Positions 25,243 to 39,504 are shown, numbered from the stretch's first letter. The stretch is DNA of 64,000 nucleotides from an uncultured Chromatiaceae bacterium (GCA_964417725.1 CAYQIV010000009.1:33849-97848), one strand, 5' to 3'. Notes: generated by a model from the sequence alone, not told the origin. Numbers and translations are program-made.

Positions 25243-26734
25243 CGGCCGGCGGCACCACCGCATCCGGCCCGGCGGGAATCCGCCCCGCCTGCAGCAGGCT
25301 GTGCCGGCAACGGGAAGCCAGTTCCGCAGGCACCTGCGCCCAGTCGAAGCGCCAGCACCAGTTGCCGTCGGTGGTCCCCGGTCTGTTCATCCGCGCCTCG
25401 CCACCGAGTTCGAGCAGGTCCTGAAACGGGGCGATGGCCAGCCGGGCGGGTGACTGCCAGGCAGCTGTCAGCAGCGCATTCGGCATCTGCTCCGCCGATA
25501 CGCCCATGACCTGCTGGATGTGGGACTGCGTGTCAGGTGGCAATGCCTGCCACCAGCCCCGCAGGGTGTCATTGTCGTGGGTGCCGGTGTAGACAACCGC
25601 CCTTTCACGGTGGTGTGCCGGCAGATAGGGATTGTCGGGCGAACCATCAAAGGCGAACTGCAGGACGAGCATGCCGGGAAGTCCGGCGCGGTCACGCAGT
25701 GCACGGACCTCGTCCGTGATCACGCCGAGGTCCTCGACGATCAGCGGCAGTTCACCAAGGCTGGAACGGAGTGCATCCAGCAGCGCCGCACCGGGGCCGG
25801 GGCACCATCGCCCCCCACGCGCGTCCTGCGCACCCGCAGGCACCTCCCAGTATGCCTCCAGCCCACGAAAGTGATCGAAACGGAGCAGGTCGAAGCGTCG
25901 CAACTCGTTGCCAAAGCGCGCCACCCACCAGGCAAAGCCATCCGCCTGCATGCGCGGCCAGTCGTAGAGGGGATTGCCCCAGACCTGCCCGCCTGCAGTG
26001 AAATAATCGGGTGGCACGCCAGCAACCGCAGCGGGCTGGCCATCGGCATCAACGCGGAACAGGCGGCGATGCCACCACACATCGGCGCTGTTGATATCCA
26101 CGTAGATCGGCACATCACCACACAGCAATATGCCGCGGGCGGCCGCGTGGTGGCGCAGCGCCTGCCACTGCCGGTCGAAGAGAAACTGGCGGAAAGCGTG
26201 CTCGCGCAGGCGGTCGGGATCCGCCGCCATGAGCCGACCCAGCGCCGCTGGCTGCCGGTGACGCAAGCCTTCCGGCCACAACCACCAGCCATCCCCGTGC
26301 AATTCAGACGCCAGGCTGAACAACGTCCAGGGCAACAACCACGCCCGCTGCGCCCGCCAGTAGGCGAGAAAGTCCGTACGCAGCGCACTGTCAGCCGTGG
26401 CCTGAAAGTCGCACCACAGGCGGTGCAACGCCTCCTCGTCGAACCCGCCGGCATCGCCCTCCCTGCCGGGCAGCGCGAAAACCGGCTCCGCCAGCCCCGA
26501 ATCCACCCCGAGCAGGCGGATGTTGCCGGCGAAGGCCGACCGGGTCTGGTACGGCGACAGGGATCCGCTGGTCGGGCTCACCGGCAACATCTGCCAGACA
26601 GTGAAGCCGGCCGCGGCCAGCCAGTCCATGAAGCGGAATGCCTCGCGGCCCAGGGTACCGCACGGCCCCGGGCCAGGCAGGGATGTCGGGTGCAGCACCA
26701 CGCCGGCACGCCGCTGCTGCAGGAATGGCGTCAT
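25232..26734 (-). CDS. malQ: 4-alpha-glucanotransferase (amylomaltase)
   Basis: 500 aa. RRAGVVLHPTSLPG... and typical GH77 length. Its 3' end overlaps glgA by 11 nt (convergent). Confidence 0.85.
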   Translation of the reverse strand: MTPFLQQRRAGVVLHPTSLPGPGPCGTLGREAFRFMDWLAAAGFTVWQMLPVSPTSGSLSPYQTRSAFAGNIRLLGVDSGLAEPVFALPGREGDAGGFDEEALHRLWCDFQATADSALRTDFLAYWRAQRAWLLPWTLFSLASELHGDGWWLWPEGLRHRQPAALGRLMAADPDRLREHAFRQFLFDRQWQALRHHAAARGILLCGDVPIYVDINSADVWWHRRLFRVDADGQPAAVAGVPPDYFTAGGQVWGNPLYDWPRMQADGFAWWVARFGNELRRFDLLRFDHFRGLEAYWEVPAGAQDARGGRWCPGPGAALLDALRSSLGELPLIVEDLGVITDEVRALRDRAGLPGMLVLQFAFDGSPDNPYLPAHHRERAVVYTGTHDNDTLRGWWQALPPDTQSHIQQVMGVSAEQMPNALLTAAWQSPARLAIAPFQDLLELGGEARMNRPGTTDGNWCWRFDWAQVPAELASRCRHSLLQAGRIPAGPDAVVPPAVMR

Positions 26735-26755
26735 GGCCCCGTGGCGTCGGGTCGA

Positions 26756-28060
26756 TCAGCGCGCCGTCTGGGCGGCGGCAGCCCGCGCATCGAGCATGTC
26801 CTGCGTCACCAGCACGACCCCCTGACCGGTGATGTGGAAGAAGCGCCGGTCCTCCGCTTCATCGACCCCGATGCGCATTCCCGGCGGAATGGTGCAGCCC
26901 TCATCGATGATTGCCCTGTTGACCTGTGCGCCCGCTCCGATCTTGACATGCGGCAGGACAACCGAGCGCACGACCTCGCTGCGCTCGCCGACCTGTACGT
27001 TGAAGAACAGCAGCGACTCCCGGACCAGCGCACCGGAAACGATGCAGCCACCGGCGATCATGCTGTTGACGGCCATGCCCCGCCGCCCCTCCTCATCGAG
27101 GACGAACTTGGCGCTCGGCACCTGTTCCTGATAGGTCCAGATCGGCCATGCCGCATCGTAGAGGTTGAGTTCGGGGCTGACGTAGATCAGCTCCATGTTT
27201 GCCTCGTAGAAGGCGTCGACCGTGCCGACATCGCGCCAGTAGGCCTGGGCGCGGGTCTCCACACTCTGGAACGGATAGGCGAAGACCCGGCTGCCATGAA
27301 TGGCTGCCGGGAGGATGTTGCGGCCGAAATCGTGGGCGGAATCCGGGTCCACGGCATCCCGGGCCAGCACATTCTTGAGGTACTCCAGATTGAAGACGTA
27401 GATGCCCATGGACGCCAGCGCGACGTCCGGTCGCCCGGGCATTGGCTCCGGGTGGCTGGGCTTCTCGGCGAAGGCCATGATGCGCTGCTCGTCGTCGACC
27501 GTGGCGATGCCGAACTCGTGCGCACCCGATACGGGCACCAGAACCATACCCACGGTGATGTCAGCAGCACGTTCGACATGTGACGCGATCATCGGGCCGT
27601 AATCCATCTTGTAGACATGGTCGCCGGCGAGCACCAGGACAATTTCCGGATGATGGGCTTCGATGATGTCAAGATTCTGGAACACCGAGTCGGCAGTACC
27701 CCGGTACCAGAGATTGCCCAGCTTCTGCTGGGCCGGGACGAGTTGCACGAACTCGCCCATTTCGCCGCGCAGGAACCCCCACGCGCGGTGGATATGCTGG
27801 ATCAGCGAATGCGCCTTGTACTGAGTGAGGACCAGTATCTGGCGAATGCCCGAGTTGACACAGTTCGACAGCGCGAAGTCGATGATTCGGTACTTGCCGC
27901 CAAAGGGGGTCGCCGGCTTGGCGCGGTGCTCCGTCAGCTGGCACAGGCGTGTCCCCCGTCCGCCGGCCATGACCAGCGCCATGGTGCTTTTGGTCAACTG
28001 GCTGACGAAACGGCCCGACTTGGTCGGTGGAAAGGCACTGCCAGGGTGAAACCTGCTCAC
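26756..28060 (-). CDS. glgC: glucose-1-phosphate adenylyltransferase
   Basis: 434 aa. [45 protein letters not shown] closely parallels E. coli GlgC. Confidence 0.9.
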   Translation of the reverse strand: MSRFHPGSAFPPTKSGRFVSQLTKSTMALVMAGGRGTRLCQLTEHRAKPATPFGGKYRIIDFALSNCVNSGIRQILVLTQYKAHSLIQHIHRAWGFLRGEMGEFVQLVPAQQKLGNLWYRGTADSVFQNLDIIEAHHPEIVLVLAGDHVYKMDYGPMIASHVERAADITVGMVLVPVSGAHEFGIATVDDEQRIMAFAEKPSHPEPMPGRPDVALASMGIYVFNLEYLKNVLARDAVDPDSAHDFGRNILPAAIHGSRVFAYPFQSVETRAQAYWRDVGTVDAFYEANMELIYVSPELNLYDAAWPIWTYQEQVPSAKFVLDEEGRRGMAVNSMIAGGCIVSGALVRESLLFFNVQVGERSEVVRSVVLPHVKIGAGAQVNRAIIDEGCTIPPGMRIGVDEAEDRRFFHITGQGVVLVTQDMLDARAAAAQTAR

Positions 28061-28185
28061 GGGAATGTTGCCGCCCTGTTATCTTGCCGATGGCCAATTT
28101 AACATCACTGCATGGCGAGTTCACGCCCGGCCGGGCGTGCCGCCGGCGCGGAGCGTCCACGACCTTGAATCGCCATTCCCCCGCC

Positions 28186-30357
28186 ATGACGGATATCGAC
28201 GATCCGGCCGTCCGCCGCCTTCTGGAAGGCCGCCTCCACGACCCGCACACCGTCCTCGGTGCCCACCCCTTGTCCGACGGGCGCACCGTGGTGCGGGCCA
28301 TGGCGCCGACAGCGGCAGGCATGGAGATCACCGGTACCGGCGAGATACTGCGCCGCATTGACCCTGGTGGGCTTTTCGAGTGGGTTGGCCCGGCCAGTCA
28401 CCTCCCACCCGCATACCGGCTGCGCACCACGTTCGCCGATGGCTCGGTCGACGAGGGCCATGACCCATACAGTTTCGCCCCGTTGCTCGATAACGGGGTC
28501 CTTGGCCGTCTCGGCACGGGCCATGATGCGACAGCGCACCAGTACATGGGGGCTCACGAGGCCGATGTCGCTGGAATCACGGGCATTCGCTTCACCGTGT
28601 GGGCGCCAAATGCAGAGCGCGTCAGTGTGGTCGGCGATTTCAATGGCTGGGACGGCCGGCGCCATCCGATGCGGGTGCGGGGACACACCGGGATCTGGGA
28701 ACTGTTCATGCCCGGACTGCCCGCGGGGATGCTGTACAAGTACGAAATACGCAACCGGGATACGGGACAGGTGTTCGTCAAAGCTGATCCATATGCCCGC
28801 GCCTTTGAGCGAAGGCCAGCGACGGCGACGGTCGTCGCGCCCCGCTCCCGCCACCAGTGGAACGACCACGCCTGGCTCGGTGCGCGCGGCAACCACGACT
28901 GGCTGCGGGCCCCGATGAGCATCTATGAGGTGCACCTGGGTTCATGGCGGAATGACGGCATGGCGAGCCCCACCACGTACCGGGATATCGCAGCAGCGCT
29001 GGTCGGCTACGTGCACGACATGGGGTTCACCCACATCGAACTGATGCCGCTCACCGAACATCCGCTGGATGAATCCTGGGGCTATCAGCCGACCGGCTAC
29101 TTTGCCCCGACCAGCCGCTACGGTGACGCCGACGGGCTGCGCTATCTCGTCGACCTGTGCCATGCAAGCAACATCGGCGTGATTCTCGACTGGGTCCCGG
29201 GCCACTTTCCGCGCGACAGCCATGCGCTGGCGCGCTTCGATGGCAGCGCGTTATATGAATACGCCGATCCGCAAAAGGGCAGCCATCCTGACTGGGGCAC
29301 GCTGGTATTCAACTATGCACGTAACGAGGTGCGAAGCTTCCTGCTGTCCAGCGCCCGCTACTGGCTGGAGGAGTTCCACGTTGACGGGCTGCGTGTCGAT
29401 GCGGTGGCCTCGATGCTCTACCTCGATTATTCGCGACTGGCGGGTCAATGGGCGCCAAACATCCATGGCGGAAACGAGAACCTCGAGGCGATCGCCTTCC
29501 TGCGCGACCTCAACACCATGACGCACGGCGATTTCCCCGGCACTGTGACGATCGCCGAGGAATCGACCGCATGGCCAGGGGTCAGTCGCCCCGTCGAAGC
29601 CGGCGGCCTCGGCTTCAGCATGAAGTGGAACATGGGCTGGATGCACGACACGCTGTCCTACATGGCGCTCGATCCGATCTACCGCCGCCACCATCACGAC
29701 CGGCTGACCTTCTCGGCCATGTACGCATTCAGCGAGAATTTTGTCCTGCCTTTTTCCCATGACGAAGTCGTGCACCTCAAGTCTTCGATGCTCGGCAAGA
29801 TGCCTGGCGACGAGTGGCAACGTTTTGCCAATCTTCGACTGGCGTATGCGCTGCAGTGGACATGGCCGGGCAAGAAGCTGCTTTTCATGGGTTGCGAACT
29901 GGCCCAGCCATGGGAATGGAATGCACATGAATCCCTGCCGTGGCATTTGTCGAATGATCCCCGGCATGGCGGCATCCAGCGACTGGTACGCGACCTGAAT
30001 CACCTGTACCGCGACACGCCAGCACTTCACGACGGGGATTTTTTCGCCGAGGGATTCGCCTGGCTCGACTGGAGCGACGCACAGCATTCGCTGTTGAGTT
30101 ATGTGCGCCGCTGCGGCGAAGACATCGCCGTGGTGCTGCTCAACTTCACGCCCGTGCCGCGCCACGGGTACCGGCTGGGCGTGCCACGGGCGGGCACCTA
30201 CCGCGAGGTCTTCAACTCGGATTCGCGGTTCTATGGCGGCGGCGACCTCGGCAACCCGCAGCCACTGCACGCCGAAGCGGTACCGTGGATGAACCAGCCA
30301 TGGTCGGTGGTGCTCAGCGCGCCTGCCCTGGGTGGCGTGATCCTGCTCGCCAGCTGA
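28186..30357 (+). CDS. glgB: 1,4-alpha-glucan branching enzyme
   Basis: ATG at 28186 ([28 protein letters not shown]). 723 aa with GH13 motifs ([27 protein letters not shown]). Confidence 0.9.
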   Translation: MTDIDDPAVRRLLEGRLHDPHTVLGAHPLSDGRTVVRAMAPTAAGMEITGTGEILRRIDPGGLFEWVGPASHLPPAYRLRTTFADGSVDEGHDPYSFAPLLDNGVLGRLGTGHDATAHQYMGAHEADVAGITGIRFTVWAPNAERVSVVGDFNGWDGRRHPMRVRGHTGIWELFMPGLPAGMLYKYEIRNRDTGQVFVKADPYARAFERRPATATVVAPRSRHQWNDHAWLGARGNHDWLRAPMSIYEVHLGSWRNDGMASPTTYRDIAAALVGYVHDMGFTHIELMPLTEHPLDESWGYQPTGYFAPTSRYGDADGLRYLVDLCHASNIGVILDWVPGHFPRDSHALARFDGSALYEYADPQKGSHPDWGTLVFNYARNEVRSFLLSSARYWLEEFHVDGLRVDAVASMLYLDYSRLAGQWAPNIHGGNENLEAIAFLRDLNTMTHGDFPGTVTIAEESTAWPGVSRPVEAGGLGFSMKWNMGWMHDTLSYMALDPIYRRHHHDRLTFSAMYAFSENFVLPFSHDEVVHLKSSMLGKMPGDEWQRFANLRLAYALQWTWPGKKLLFMGCELAQPWEWNAHESLPWHLSNDPRHGGIQRLVRDLNHLYRDTPALHDGDFFAEGFAWLDWSDAQHSLLSYVRRCGEDIAVVLLNFTPVPRHGYRLGVPRAGTYREVFNSDSRFYGGGDLGNPQPLHAEAVPWMNQPWSVVLSAPALGGVILLAS

Positions 30358-30361
30358 CCGG

Positions 30362-32983
30362 TCAGAGCCAGCGCATCAGCCCCATTTCGTAGGGGTGCGA
30401 AAGCTGCTCGTGGAAAGGCACGGCACGGATCTGGTAATGAAGGGCACCGCACCAGGGTGGCTGCAGGTCGAGGCGGTAGCGCAACTCGCCCTCCGCGGTC
30501 CTGCCAGCGGGCGTGAAGGCCTGCACGTAGACGTGGACATCGTCATTCGACCTGACGCCATAGGACAGCGCGCCGCGTGCCGCGAAGCGCGGCACGGGAA
30601 CCGTCAGCTCGGAGCAGAGTTCACGGCTGACCACGCACTCGATACGGATATCCTCGGGCTCCAGCCCGTTGGGCTGGACCAGCACCTCGAGCGCGACGCT
30701 GTCGCTGCACTCGAGTGCATCTGGCGGTGGCTGGGCGGTATGCAGCGCCACGCCGGGCCACTGGCTTCTCGCCCGCTGCTTCCAGGCCGCCAGCGCGCGT
30801 GCTCCGGCATGCTGGTCAGCCGCCAGCGCACGCCCATGCCGTGCCGCCGGACCGTAGTAGAGGGCCGCGTAGTCGTGGACCACACGCCCCATGTTGAACC
30901 CGGGCAGCACGGTGGCCATCGACCGCTTGCAGCGTTGCACCCATCCGGGCGAGTAGCCGAGACGTTCGTCCCGGGCGTAGTACAGCGGGATGACTTCGTC
31001 CTGCAGGATTTCGTAGAGCGTGCGGGCATCGTGTCGGTCACGCTCCACGGGATTCTCGCCGTGCGGAGAAGGCGGGATCGCCCAGCCATTGGTGCCGTCA
31101 TAGGCCTCGGCCCACCAGCCATCCATGACGCTCAGATTCACTGTGCCGTTGATCGCCGCTTTCATCCCCGAGGTCCCGCTGGCCTCCAGCGGGTGGATCG
31201 GAGTATTGAGCCAGACGTCCACCCCGGAAGTGAGGAGCCGACCGAGCCCCATGTCATAGCCCTCAACCAGCAACAGCTTGCCGAAGAACTCCGGCTGGTT
31301 TGCCACATGGGACAGCTCGCGCATCAACTGCTGGGCAGGATGGTCGGCCGGGTGCGCCTTGCCCGCGAAGATGAAGATCACCGGCTGTTCCTCGTTACCG
31401 GTGATCTGCCTCAGCCAGCCGAGGTCGTTCAGGAGCAGTGTGGCCCGCTTGTAGGTCGCGAACCGGCGCGCGAAGCCCACCGTGAGCACGTCCGGCCGGT
31501 CCGGATCAACGTGGCGCAACAGACGGTGGATGTGGGCCTCCGACATCCGGTTGCGCGAATGCTGGCGGCGCAATCGCTCGCGCAGCCCCTGCAGCATGGC
31601 CACCTTGACCTGCTGGTTGGTGTACCAGAAACGGCCATCCGGGATCTGCTCGATCTGGCGCAGCAGGTCCTTGTCCATCATCTTGTAGTGCCATGAGGCA
31701 TCAAGCTGCTGCTCAAGGAGATCCGACCACTCGGGCTGCATGAACGTCGGCACGTGGACGCCATTCGTGACATAGCCGACGGGGTTCTCGGCAGCGGGGA
31801 CCTCGGGCCACGCGCTGGCGCAGATTCCCGCAGTAACCCGCCGGTGTATGCGGCTGACGGCATTGACGTGACGGGTGCAGGCCAGTGCCAGCCGTGTCAT
31901 GTTGAACCCCGGGCGATCCGCACCACCGGCCGCAAGGCCATGCAGGGCTTCGACATCGACGCCGAGCCCCTGGGCGAGGATCTCGAGATAGGGTGTGATC
32001 ATCCCGCCATCGAAAACATCATGCCCGGCCGTCACCGGTGTATGGGTCGTGAACACCGTGTTGGCCGCAACCGCCTCCTGCGCCGTGGCAAAGTCCAGCC
32101 CCGATGCGACCAGCTCGCGCATGCGCTCGAGAAGCTGGAAGGCCGCATGCCCTTCGTTGATGTGCCAGACCCGAGGTGACAGACCTGCAGCCCTGAGCGC
32201 CCGCACACCGGCAACGCCCAGCACCAGTTCCTGCTGCAGGCGCATCTGGTTGTCGCCGCCGTAGAGCTGGCGGGTGATGGCGCGGTCCGCCGGTTCATTG
32301 CGTGCCATGTCGGTGTCGAGCAACAGCACCGGCACCCGGCCAACCTCGGCCTGCCAGACCCTGACGAAAATCTCGCGTCCCGGGAATGCGCAGCTGACGA
32401 CCACTTCGGCGCCATCCTCACCACGTGCCGGCGTGACCGGGGCCACGCTGGCATCGATATGCGCGTAATTCGCGACCTGTTGGCCGTGTTCGTCGATATG
32501 CTGGTTGAAATAGCCCTGGCGATAGAGCAGGCCGATGGCGACGAAGGGCAGGCGCAGGTCGCTGGCGGTCTTGCAGTGGTCGCCGGCCAGGATACCAAGG
32601 CCGCCAGAGTAAATCGGGAAACTCTCGTGGTAACCGAACTCGGCACAGAAATAGGCGATCAGGTCATCTTCGGCCAGCGCCGCCGGCCGGTAGCCGGCCG
32701 GCTGCCGCTCCCGGTAACTGTCGAACTCCGCCAGCGCGCGGCGGTAGTTGGCGAGGAAGGTGTCGTTGACGGCTGCAAGCTCCAGCAGCCCCTGGTCGAC
32801 ACAGCGCAGGAACAGTCGCGGGTTCCTGCCCGTCTTCCACCACAGCTCGCGATCGAGCATGGCAAAGAGGTCGCGGGTCGGCCGGTGCCAGCTGAACCAC
32901 AGGTTACCGGCCAGTTCAGCAAGCCGCGAAATGCCGTCTGGAAGCCGGGGGCGGACGTGCAGGGGGAAGGTCTGGCCGGTCAT
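30362..32983 (-). CDS. glgP: alpha-glucan phosphorylase (GT35)
   Basis: ATG at 32983 (MTGQTFPLHVRPRLPDG...NLWFSWH). 873 aa. LEASGTSGMKAAINGT contains the pyridoxal-phosphate lysine motif. Confidence 0.85.
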   Translation of the reverse strand: MTGQTFPLHVRPRLPDGISRLAELAGNLWFSWHRPTRDLFAMLDRELWWKTGRNPRLFLRCVDQGLLELAAVNDTFLANYRRALAEFDSYRERQPAGYRPAALAEDDLIAYFCAEFGYHESFPIYSGGLGILAGDHCKTASDLRLPFVAIGLLYRQGYFNQHIDEHGQQVANYAHIDASVAPVTPARGEDGAEVVVSCAFPGREIFVRVWQAEVGRVPVLLLDTDMARNEPADRAITRQLYGGDNQMRLQQELVLGVAGVRALRAAGLSPRVWHINEGHAAFQLLERMRELVASGLDFATAQEAVAANTVFTTHTPVTAGHDVFDGGMITPYLEILAQGLGVDVEALHGLAAGGADRPGFNMTRLALACTRHVNAVSRIHRRVTAGICASAWPEVPAAENPVGYVTNGVHVPTFMQPEWSDLLEQQLDASWHYKMMDKDLLRQIEQIPDGRFWYTNQQVKVAMLQGLRERLRRQHSRNRMSEAHIHRLLRHVDPDRPDVLTVGFARRFATYKRATLLLNDLGWLRQITGNEEQPVIFIFAGKAHPADHPAQQLMRELSHVANQPEFFGKLLLVEGYDMGLGRLLTSGVDVWLNTPIHPLEASGTSGMKAAINGTVNLSVMDGWWAEAYDGTNGWAIPPSPHGENPVERDRHDARTLYEILQDEVIPLYYARDERLGYSPGWVQRCKRSMATVLPGFNMGRVVHDYAALYYGPAARHGRALAADQHAGARALAAWKQRARSQWPGVALHTAQPPPDALECSDSVALEVLVQPNGLEPEDIRIECVVSRELCSELTVPVPRFAARGALSYGVRSNDDVHVYVQAFTPAGRTAEGELRYRLDLQPPWCGALHYQIRAVPFHEQLSHPYEMGLMRWL

Positions 32984-33044
32984 GAATGCGCACGTCCCGA
33001 AAGCGTGGAAAGGTCTGTCTGGTCGCCGCGCATTATGCGCCCGG

Positions 33045-33079
33045 CGCCAGCCTGGCAGCAATTTGCTGCCCGGCTGGCG
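33045..33079. promoter_or_regulatory. 35-nt near-perfect palindrome in the long glgP leader
   Basis: CGCCAGCCTGGCAGCAA-T-TTGCTGCCCGGCTGGCG: 17 bp per arm with one mismatch. An adjacent 13-nt palindrome GCGCATTATGCGC lies at 33028..33040. Confidence 0.3.
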
Positions 33080-33303
33080 GCATGCAGCGGACGGCGGATC
33101 GCAACCGACGGCACAACGCCACCGGCGGGCCGCCATGTCGCCAACCAGCCCATCCGGTCCGCCATTGCCCGGGGCGGTGAAGCGACCCTCATGCCCCGCA
33201 CGGAAGATCCGCGGTCCCGGGTGCTGGTTCGCATCCGGGTGATCGGGCACCTGGCGGTGAGCGGCACCCCGCGCGGCTCGGGGCCGGCCGCCCCTGCATG
33301 GCA

Positions 33304-35983
<2,680 letters not shown>

Positions 35984-36000
35984 TCCGCTCTCCGCCCCGG

Positions 36001-39000
36001 TCAGCTGGCGGCCAGCTTGATGGCTTCGTCTATGTCGACGGCCACCAGGCGTGATACGCCCGGCTCGTTCATCGTCACACCCATCAACTGGCGGGTCATT
36101 TCCATGGTGGTCTTGTTGTGCGTGATGACGACGAACTGCACCGTCTTGGCCATCTCGCTGACGATCTCGCAGAAACGGCCGACATTTGCCTCATCGAGTG
36201 GCGCATCGACCTCGTCAAGCAGGCAGAACGGCGCCGGATTGAGTTCGAAGATGGAAAATATCAGTGCCACGGCCGTCAACGCCTTCTCGCCACCGGACAA
36301 CAAATGGATATGGCTGTTGCGCTTGCCTGGCGGCCTCGCCATGACGGTCACCCCGGCGGCAAGCAGGTCTTCGCCCTCCATGCCCAGGTAGGCATGACCG
36401 CCACCGAACAAACGTGGGAACAATCGCTTCAACCCCGCGTTGATCTGATCGAATGTTTCCTGGAATCGGGTCCGTGTCTCCCGGTCTATCTTGCGGATGG
36501 CCTGCTCGAGGGTCTCGAGCGCAGCGGTGAGGTCTGCGTGTTGCTGGTCGAGGTATGTCTTGCGCTCCGACTGCTCGGCGAACTCGCCGATGGCCGCCAG
36601 GTTGATGGGACCGAGTCGTTCGATTTTCACGCGCAGCTCACCGAGGCGTTGCTCCCACGCTGCCACATCCGGGGCATCGGCCAGCCCCTCGGTGTGCAAG
36701 CGCCCGATAACCTCTTCGAAGACCATCCCGGTCGCGGCAAACCGCTCGACCAGATTTTCACGGCGCACCTCATGCTCGCGGGCCGTGACCCGCAACCCTT
36801 CAAGCGCATCACGTGCGGCGGCAACCTGGCGGTCCAGTGCATGGCGCCGATGCTCATCAGCCTTGATCGCCGCCTCCACCGCTTCCAGCTCCGTGCGCCG
36901 GGCGGTGAGCTCGCGCTGGACCTCGACCTGGCATGCCAGCTGCAAGTCGAGGGCCTGCTGCAGGCCTGCCAGTGGCTCCGCAGCGCCCGCAATGCGCTCA
37001 TCCAGCGCCTGCTGCTGCTCCAGGAGTCGACGGCGCTGCTGCGCGGTGCGATCCAGCGCCTCACCGGCGGCGCTGCGCTCGGTGCGTCGGCCCTGCTGCT
37101 CGATCATGAGCCGGGCAACGATGCCCCGGTCGTGTTCGGCCCGCTCGCGCCAGATATTGTAGGCACTCAGCCTGGCCTCCTGTTCGGCCTGCAAGCCCGG
37201 CCGGCGCTCGCCCAGGCCCTGCAACGACTGCTCGGCAACCTGCAAGCGCGAGCGCGCATCTTCAATGGTCGACGCCAGCGTGCCGAGCTCGTTCTCGGCC
37301 TGCAACCTGTCGGTACCCAGGGTCGCAAGCCGCTGCTCGGCACGGATTCCATCCCGCTCCAGCGTCTGCATCAGCGCGAGCACTTCATGGCGCTGGCGCT
37401 CTGCCTCGCTCAACTGCTGCAGCGCCTGCGTGCGCTCCTGTTCCAGCGTGGCCAGCAGGCTGCGTGCCGCCTGACGCCGGGCATTCAACGTCGCCACCTC
37501 GCTCTCGCGCCGGGTCATGTCGACCATCAGCGTGCGAATCTCCTGCTCGCGGGCCAGCACACCGGAGTTGGCCATGCCGCGATTGATGCGCAGCCAGTCC
37601 CGGCCCAGCCAGACACCATCCGGTGTGATGACCGATGCACCGGCAGCCAGATCGCGACTGATGCGCAACGCCTCATCGAGGGTGTCTGCACAGTGCACGC
37701 TCGCCAGCATGGCACCCAGCCGGCCGGCATGGCGCACCCGGGAGGCCAGCGTCGCGGCCGGCACTTGCGCCAGCTCCTGACCCTTTTCAAGCAATACCAG
37801 CGTGGCGTCCGGAAAACCTTCCATGTGGTCATCGCGCCTGTCGACGAGTATCGCCTGCAGGAAATCACCGAGCACCGTCTCCACGGCCTTCGTCCAGCCG
37901 GGATCCACGTCAAGCTCGCGCACGAGCCGCGGATGCTGGTCGAGCCCCGTAGTGGCAAGCCACTCCGAGATGACGGCCTGGTCGTCCCCCAGCGCCGTCT
38001 GCTGGATGGCACGCAGTGCCTCGAGGCGACCACGCCGGGATTCGAGTTCCGACAACGTACTTTCGATCTCGCCACCACAGGACTGCTCGACTTCCCTCTC
38101 GCTGCTGATTTGCCCAGCCAGCGATTCCAGTCGCCTGGCCGCCTCATCGACGCCGGCTGATGCCTCGTCATGGATCCGCTGCTGGGCAGCGAGCCGGGCC
38201 CGGATGTCGACCAGCGATATGGTGCTGCGCTCACTGTCGACTTCACCGATGCGCCGGGTCAGACGCTCCTGGTGGGCAATGAGGTGCTCCAGGCGGGTTT
38301 GCTCCACCTGACAGATCTGCTGCTGCTCGCGGATTTCGAGGTTGAACGACTGCCACCCCTCCTGCCATGCATTGAGCGCTCGCTCGGCCTCCACCAGCAT
38401 GCCGGCGGAGTATTCCTGTGCAGACCGCGCCGCATCGAGCTCCGATCCACTGCGCGCGAGCAACGCATCGAGGTCACCCAGGCGCGACTCGTCGCGCGCC
38501 AGTTCGTCGGCAAGCACGGCCAGCTGTTGCTCATTGGCTTGCCGGTCCTGAAGCTGGCGGTCACGCATCTCCCGGGTATGCAGCAACTGCTGCTCGAGCC
38601 GGGAGATCTCGCTCTGCGTGTTGTAGTAAGTGGCCTGCACCCGGGTACAGGCATCGGTGGCCTCGACATGCTGCGCCCGAGCGCGTTCGATCCGCGCTTC
38701 GATCTGGCGCTGGTCGGCCAGCACGGCCTCCATCGCTGTCTGCCGCGTCAGCAACTCGGCACGCGCCGCCTCGACCTGCCGGTCGATGTCTGCCAGCCGC
38801 ATGGCGAGCAACTCGGACTCACACTGGCGCTCGTCCTGCTTCAGCCGCTTGTAGCGCTCCGCCAACTGCGCCTGGCGCTGCAGGTGGCGGATCTGCTTGT
38901 CAATCTCGTCGCGGAGGTCATTGAGGCGGGACAGGTTGTCGCGGGTATGGCTGATGCGCGTCTCAGTCTCACGCCGCCGCTCCTTGTACTTGGATATCCC

Positions 39001-39504
39001 GGCCGCTTCCTCGATGTAGGTCCGCATTTCCTCCGGCCGCGCCTCGACCAGGCGCGAAACCATACCCTGCTCGATGATGGCATAGCTGCGCGGACCCAGG
39101 CCGGTACCGAGGAACATGCCGGTGATGTCCTTGCGCCGGCAACGGGTATTGTTGAGGAAGTACTGCGAGTTGCCGTCGCGCGTGACGATGCGCCGGATGG
39201 ATATTTCCGCATAGCTGGCAAACTGGCCGCCGACGGTACCATCACTGTTGTCGAAGCTGAGTTCTACCGAAGCGCTGCCGACCGGTTTCCTGGCACTGGA
39301 GCCGTTGAATATGACGTCCTCCATCGAATCGCCGCGCAGGTGGCGCGCAGAGGTCTCGCCCATGACCCAGCGGATCGCGTCGATGACATTCGACTTGCCG
39401 CAGCCGTTCGGGCCGATCACTCCGACCAGATTGCTCGGCAGGGTGATCGTCGTGGGGTCCACGAACGACTTGAAACCCGCAAGCTTGATCTTGCTGAGTC
39501 GCAT
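36001..39504 (-). CDS. smc: chromosome segregation protein SMC
   Basis: ATG at 39504 (MRLSKIKLAGFKSFVDPTTITL...GPNGCGKSN Walker A). Long coiled coils and a C-terminal LSGGEKALTAVAL...LDEVDAPLD. Confidence 0.9.
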   Translation of the reverse strand: MRLSKIKLAGFKSFVDPTTITLPSNLVGVIGPNGCGKSNVIDAIRWVMGETSARHLRGDSMEDVIFNGSSARKPVGSASVELSFDNSDGTVGGQFASYAEISIRRIVTRDGNSQYFLNNTRCRRKDITGMFLGTGLGPRSYAIIEQGMVSRLVEARPEEMRTYIEEAAGISKYKERRRETETRISHTRDNLSRLNDLRDEIDKQIRHLQRQAQLAERYKRLKQDERQCESELLAMRLADIDRQVEAARAELLTRQTAMEAVLADQRQIEARIERARAQHVEATDACTRVQATYYNTQSEISRLEQQLLHTREMRDRQLQDRQANEQQLAVLADELARDESRLGDLDALLARSGSELDAARSAQEYSAGMLVEAERALNAWQEGWQSFNLEIREQQQICQVEQTRLEHLIAHQERLTRRIGEVDSERSTISLVDIRARLAAQQRIHDEASAGVDEAARRLESLAGQISSEREVEQSCGGEIESTLSELESRRGRLEALRAIQQTALGDDQAVISEWLATTGLDQHPRLVRELDVDPGWTKAVETVLGDFLQAILVDRRDDHMEGFPDATLVLLEKGQELAQVPAATLASRVRHAGRLGAMLASVHCADTLDEALRISRDLAAGASVITPDGVWLGRDWLRINRGMANSGVLAREQEIRTLMVDMTRRESEVATLNARRQAARSLLATLEQERTQALQQLSEAERQRHEVLALMQTLERDGIRAEQRLATLGTDRLQAENELGTLASTIEDARSRLQVAEQSLQGLGERRPGLQAEQEARLSAYNIWRERAEHDRGIVARLMIEQQGRRTERSAAGEALDRTAQQRRRLLEQQQALDERIAGAAEPLAGLQQALDLQLACQVEVQRELTARRTELEAVEAAIKADEHRRHALDRQVAAARDALEGLRVTAREHEVRRENLVERFAATGMVFEEVIGRLHTEGLADAPDVAAWEQRLGELRVKIERLGPINLAAIGEFAEQSERKTYLDQQHADLTAALETLEQAIRKIDRETRTRFQETFDQINAGLKRLFPRLFGGGHAYLGMEGEDLLAAGVTVMARPPGKRNSHIHLLSGGEKALTAVALIFSIFELNPAPFCLLDEVDAPLDEANVGRFCEIVSEMAKTVQFVVITHNKTTMEMTRQLMGVTMNEPGVSRLVAVDIDEAIKLAAS

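Noticed and set aside
25520-27583. 687-aa plus-strand ORF spanning malQ and glgC
   Set aside because: It is antisense to two well-supported genes and crosses their intergenic gap. Its composition is Arg/Gly/Pro/His-rich with no motifs.
28027-28185. Upstream extension of glgB, and similar extensions of glgP (32984..33304), smc (39505..39630), pnp (44051..44140), nuoE, nuoI, rbfA and infB
   Set aside because: Homology to the respective families begins at internal start codons, several of them with RBS-like sequences. The extensions are Cys/Arg/Pro-rich and overlap neighbouring genes or promoters.
36118-38160. 680-aa plus-strand ORF
   Set aside because: It lies entirely antisense to smc and has low-complexity Leu/Arg/Gln/Gly composition with no recognisable motifs. 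This is a typical high-GC shadow ORF.
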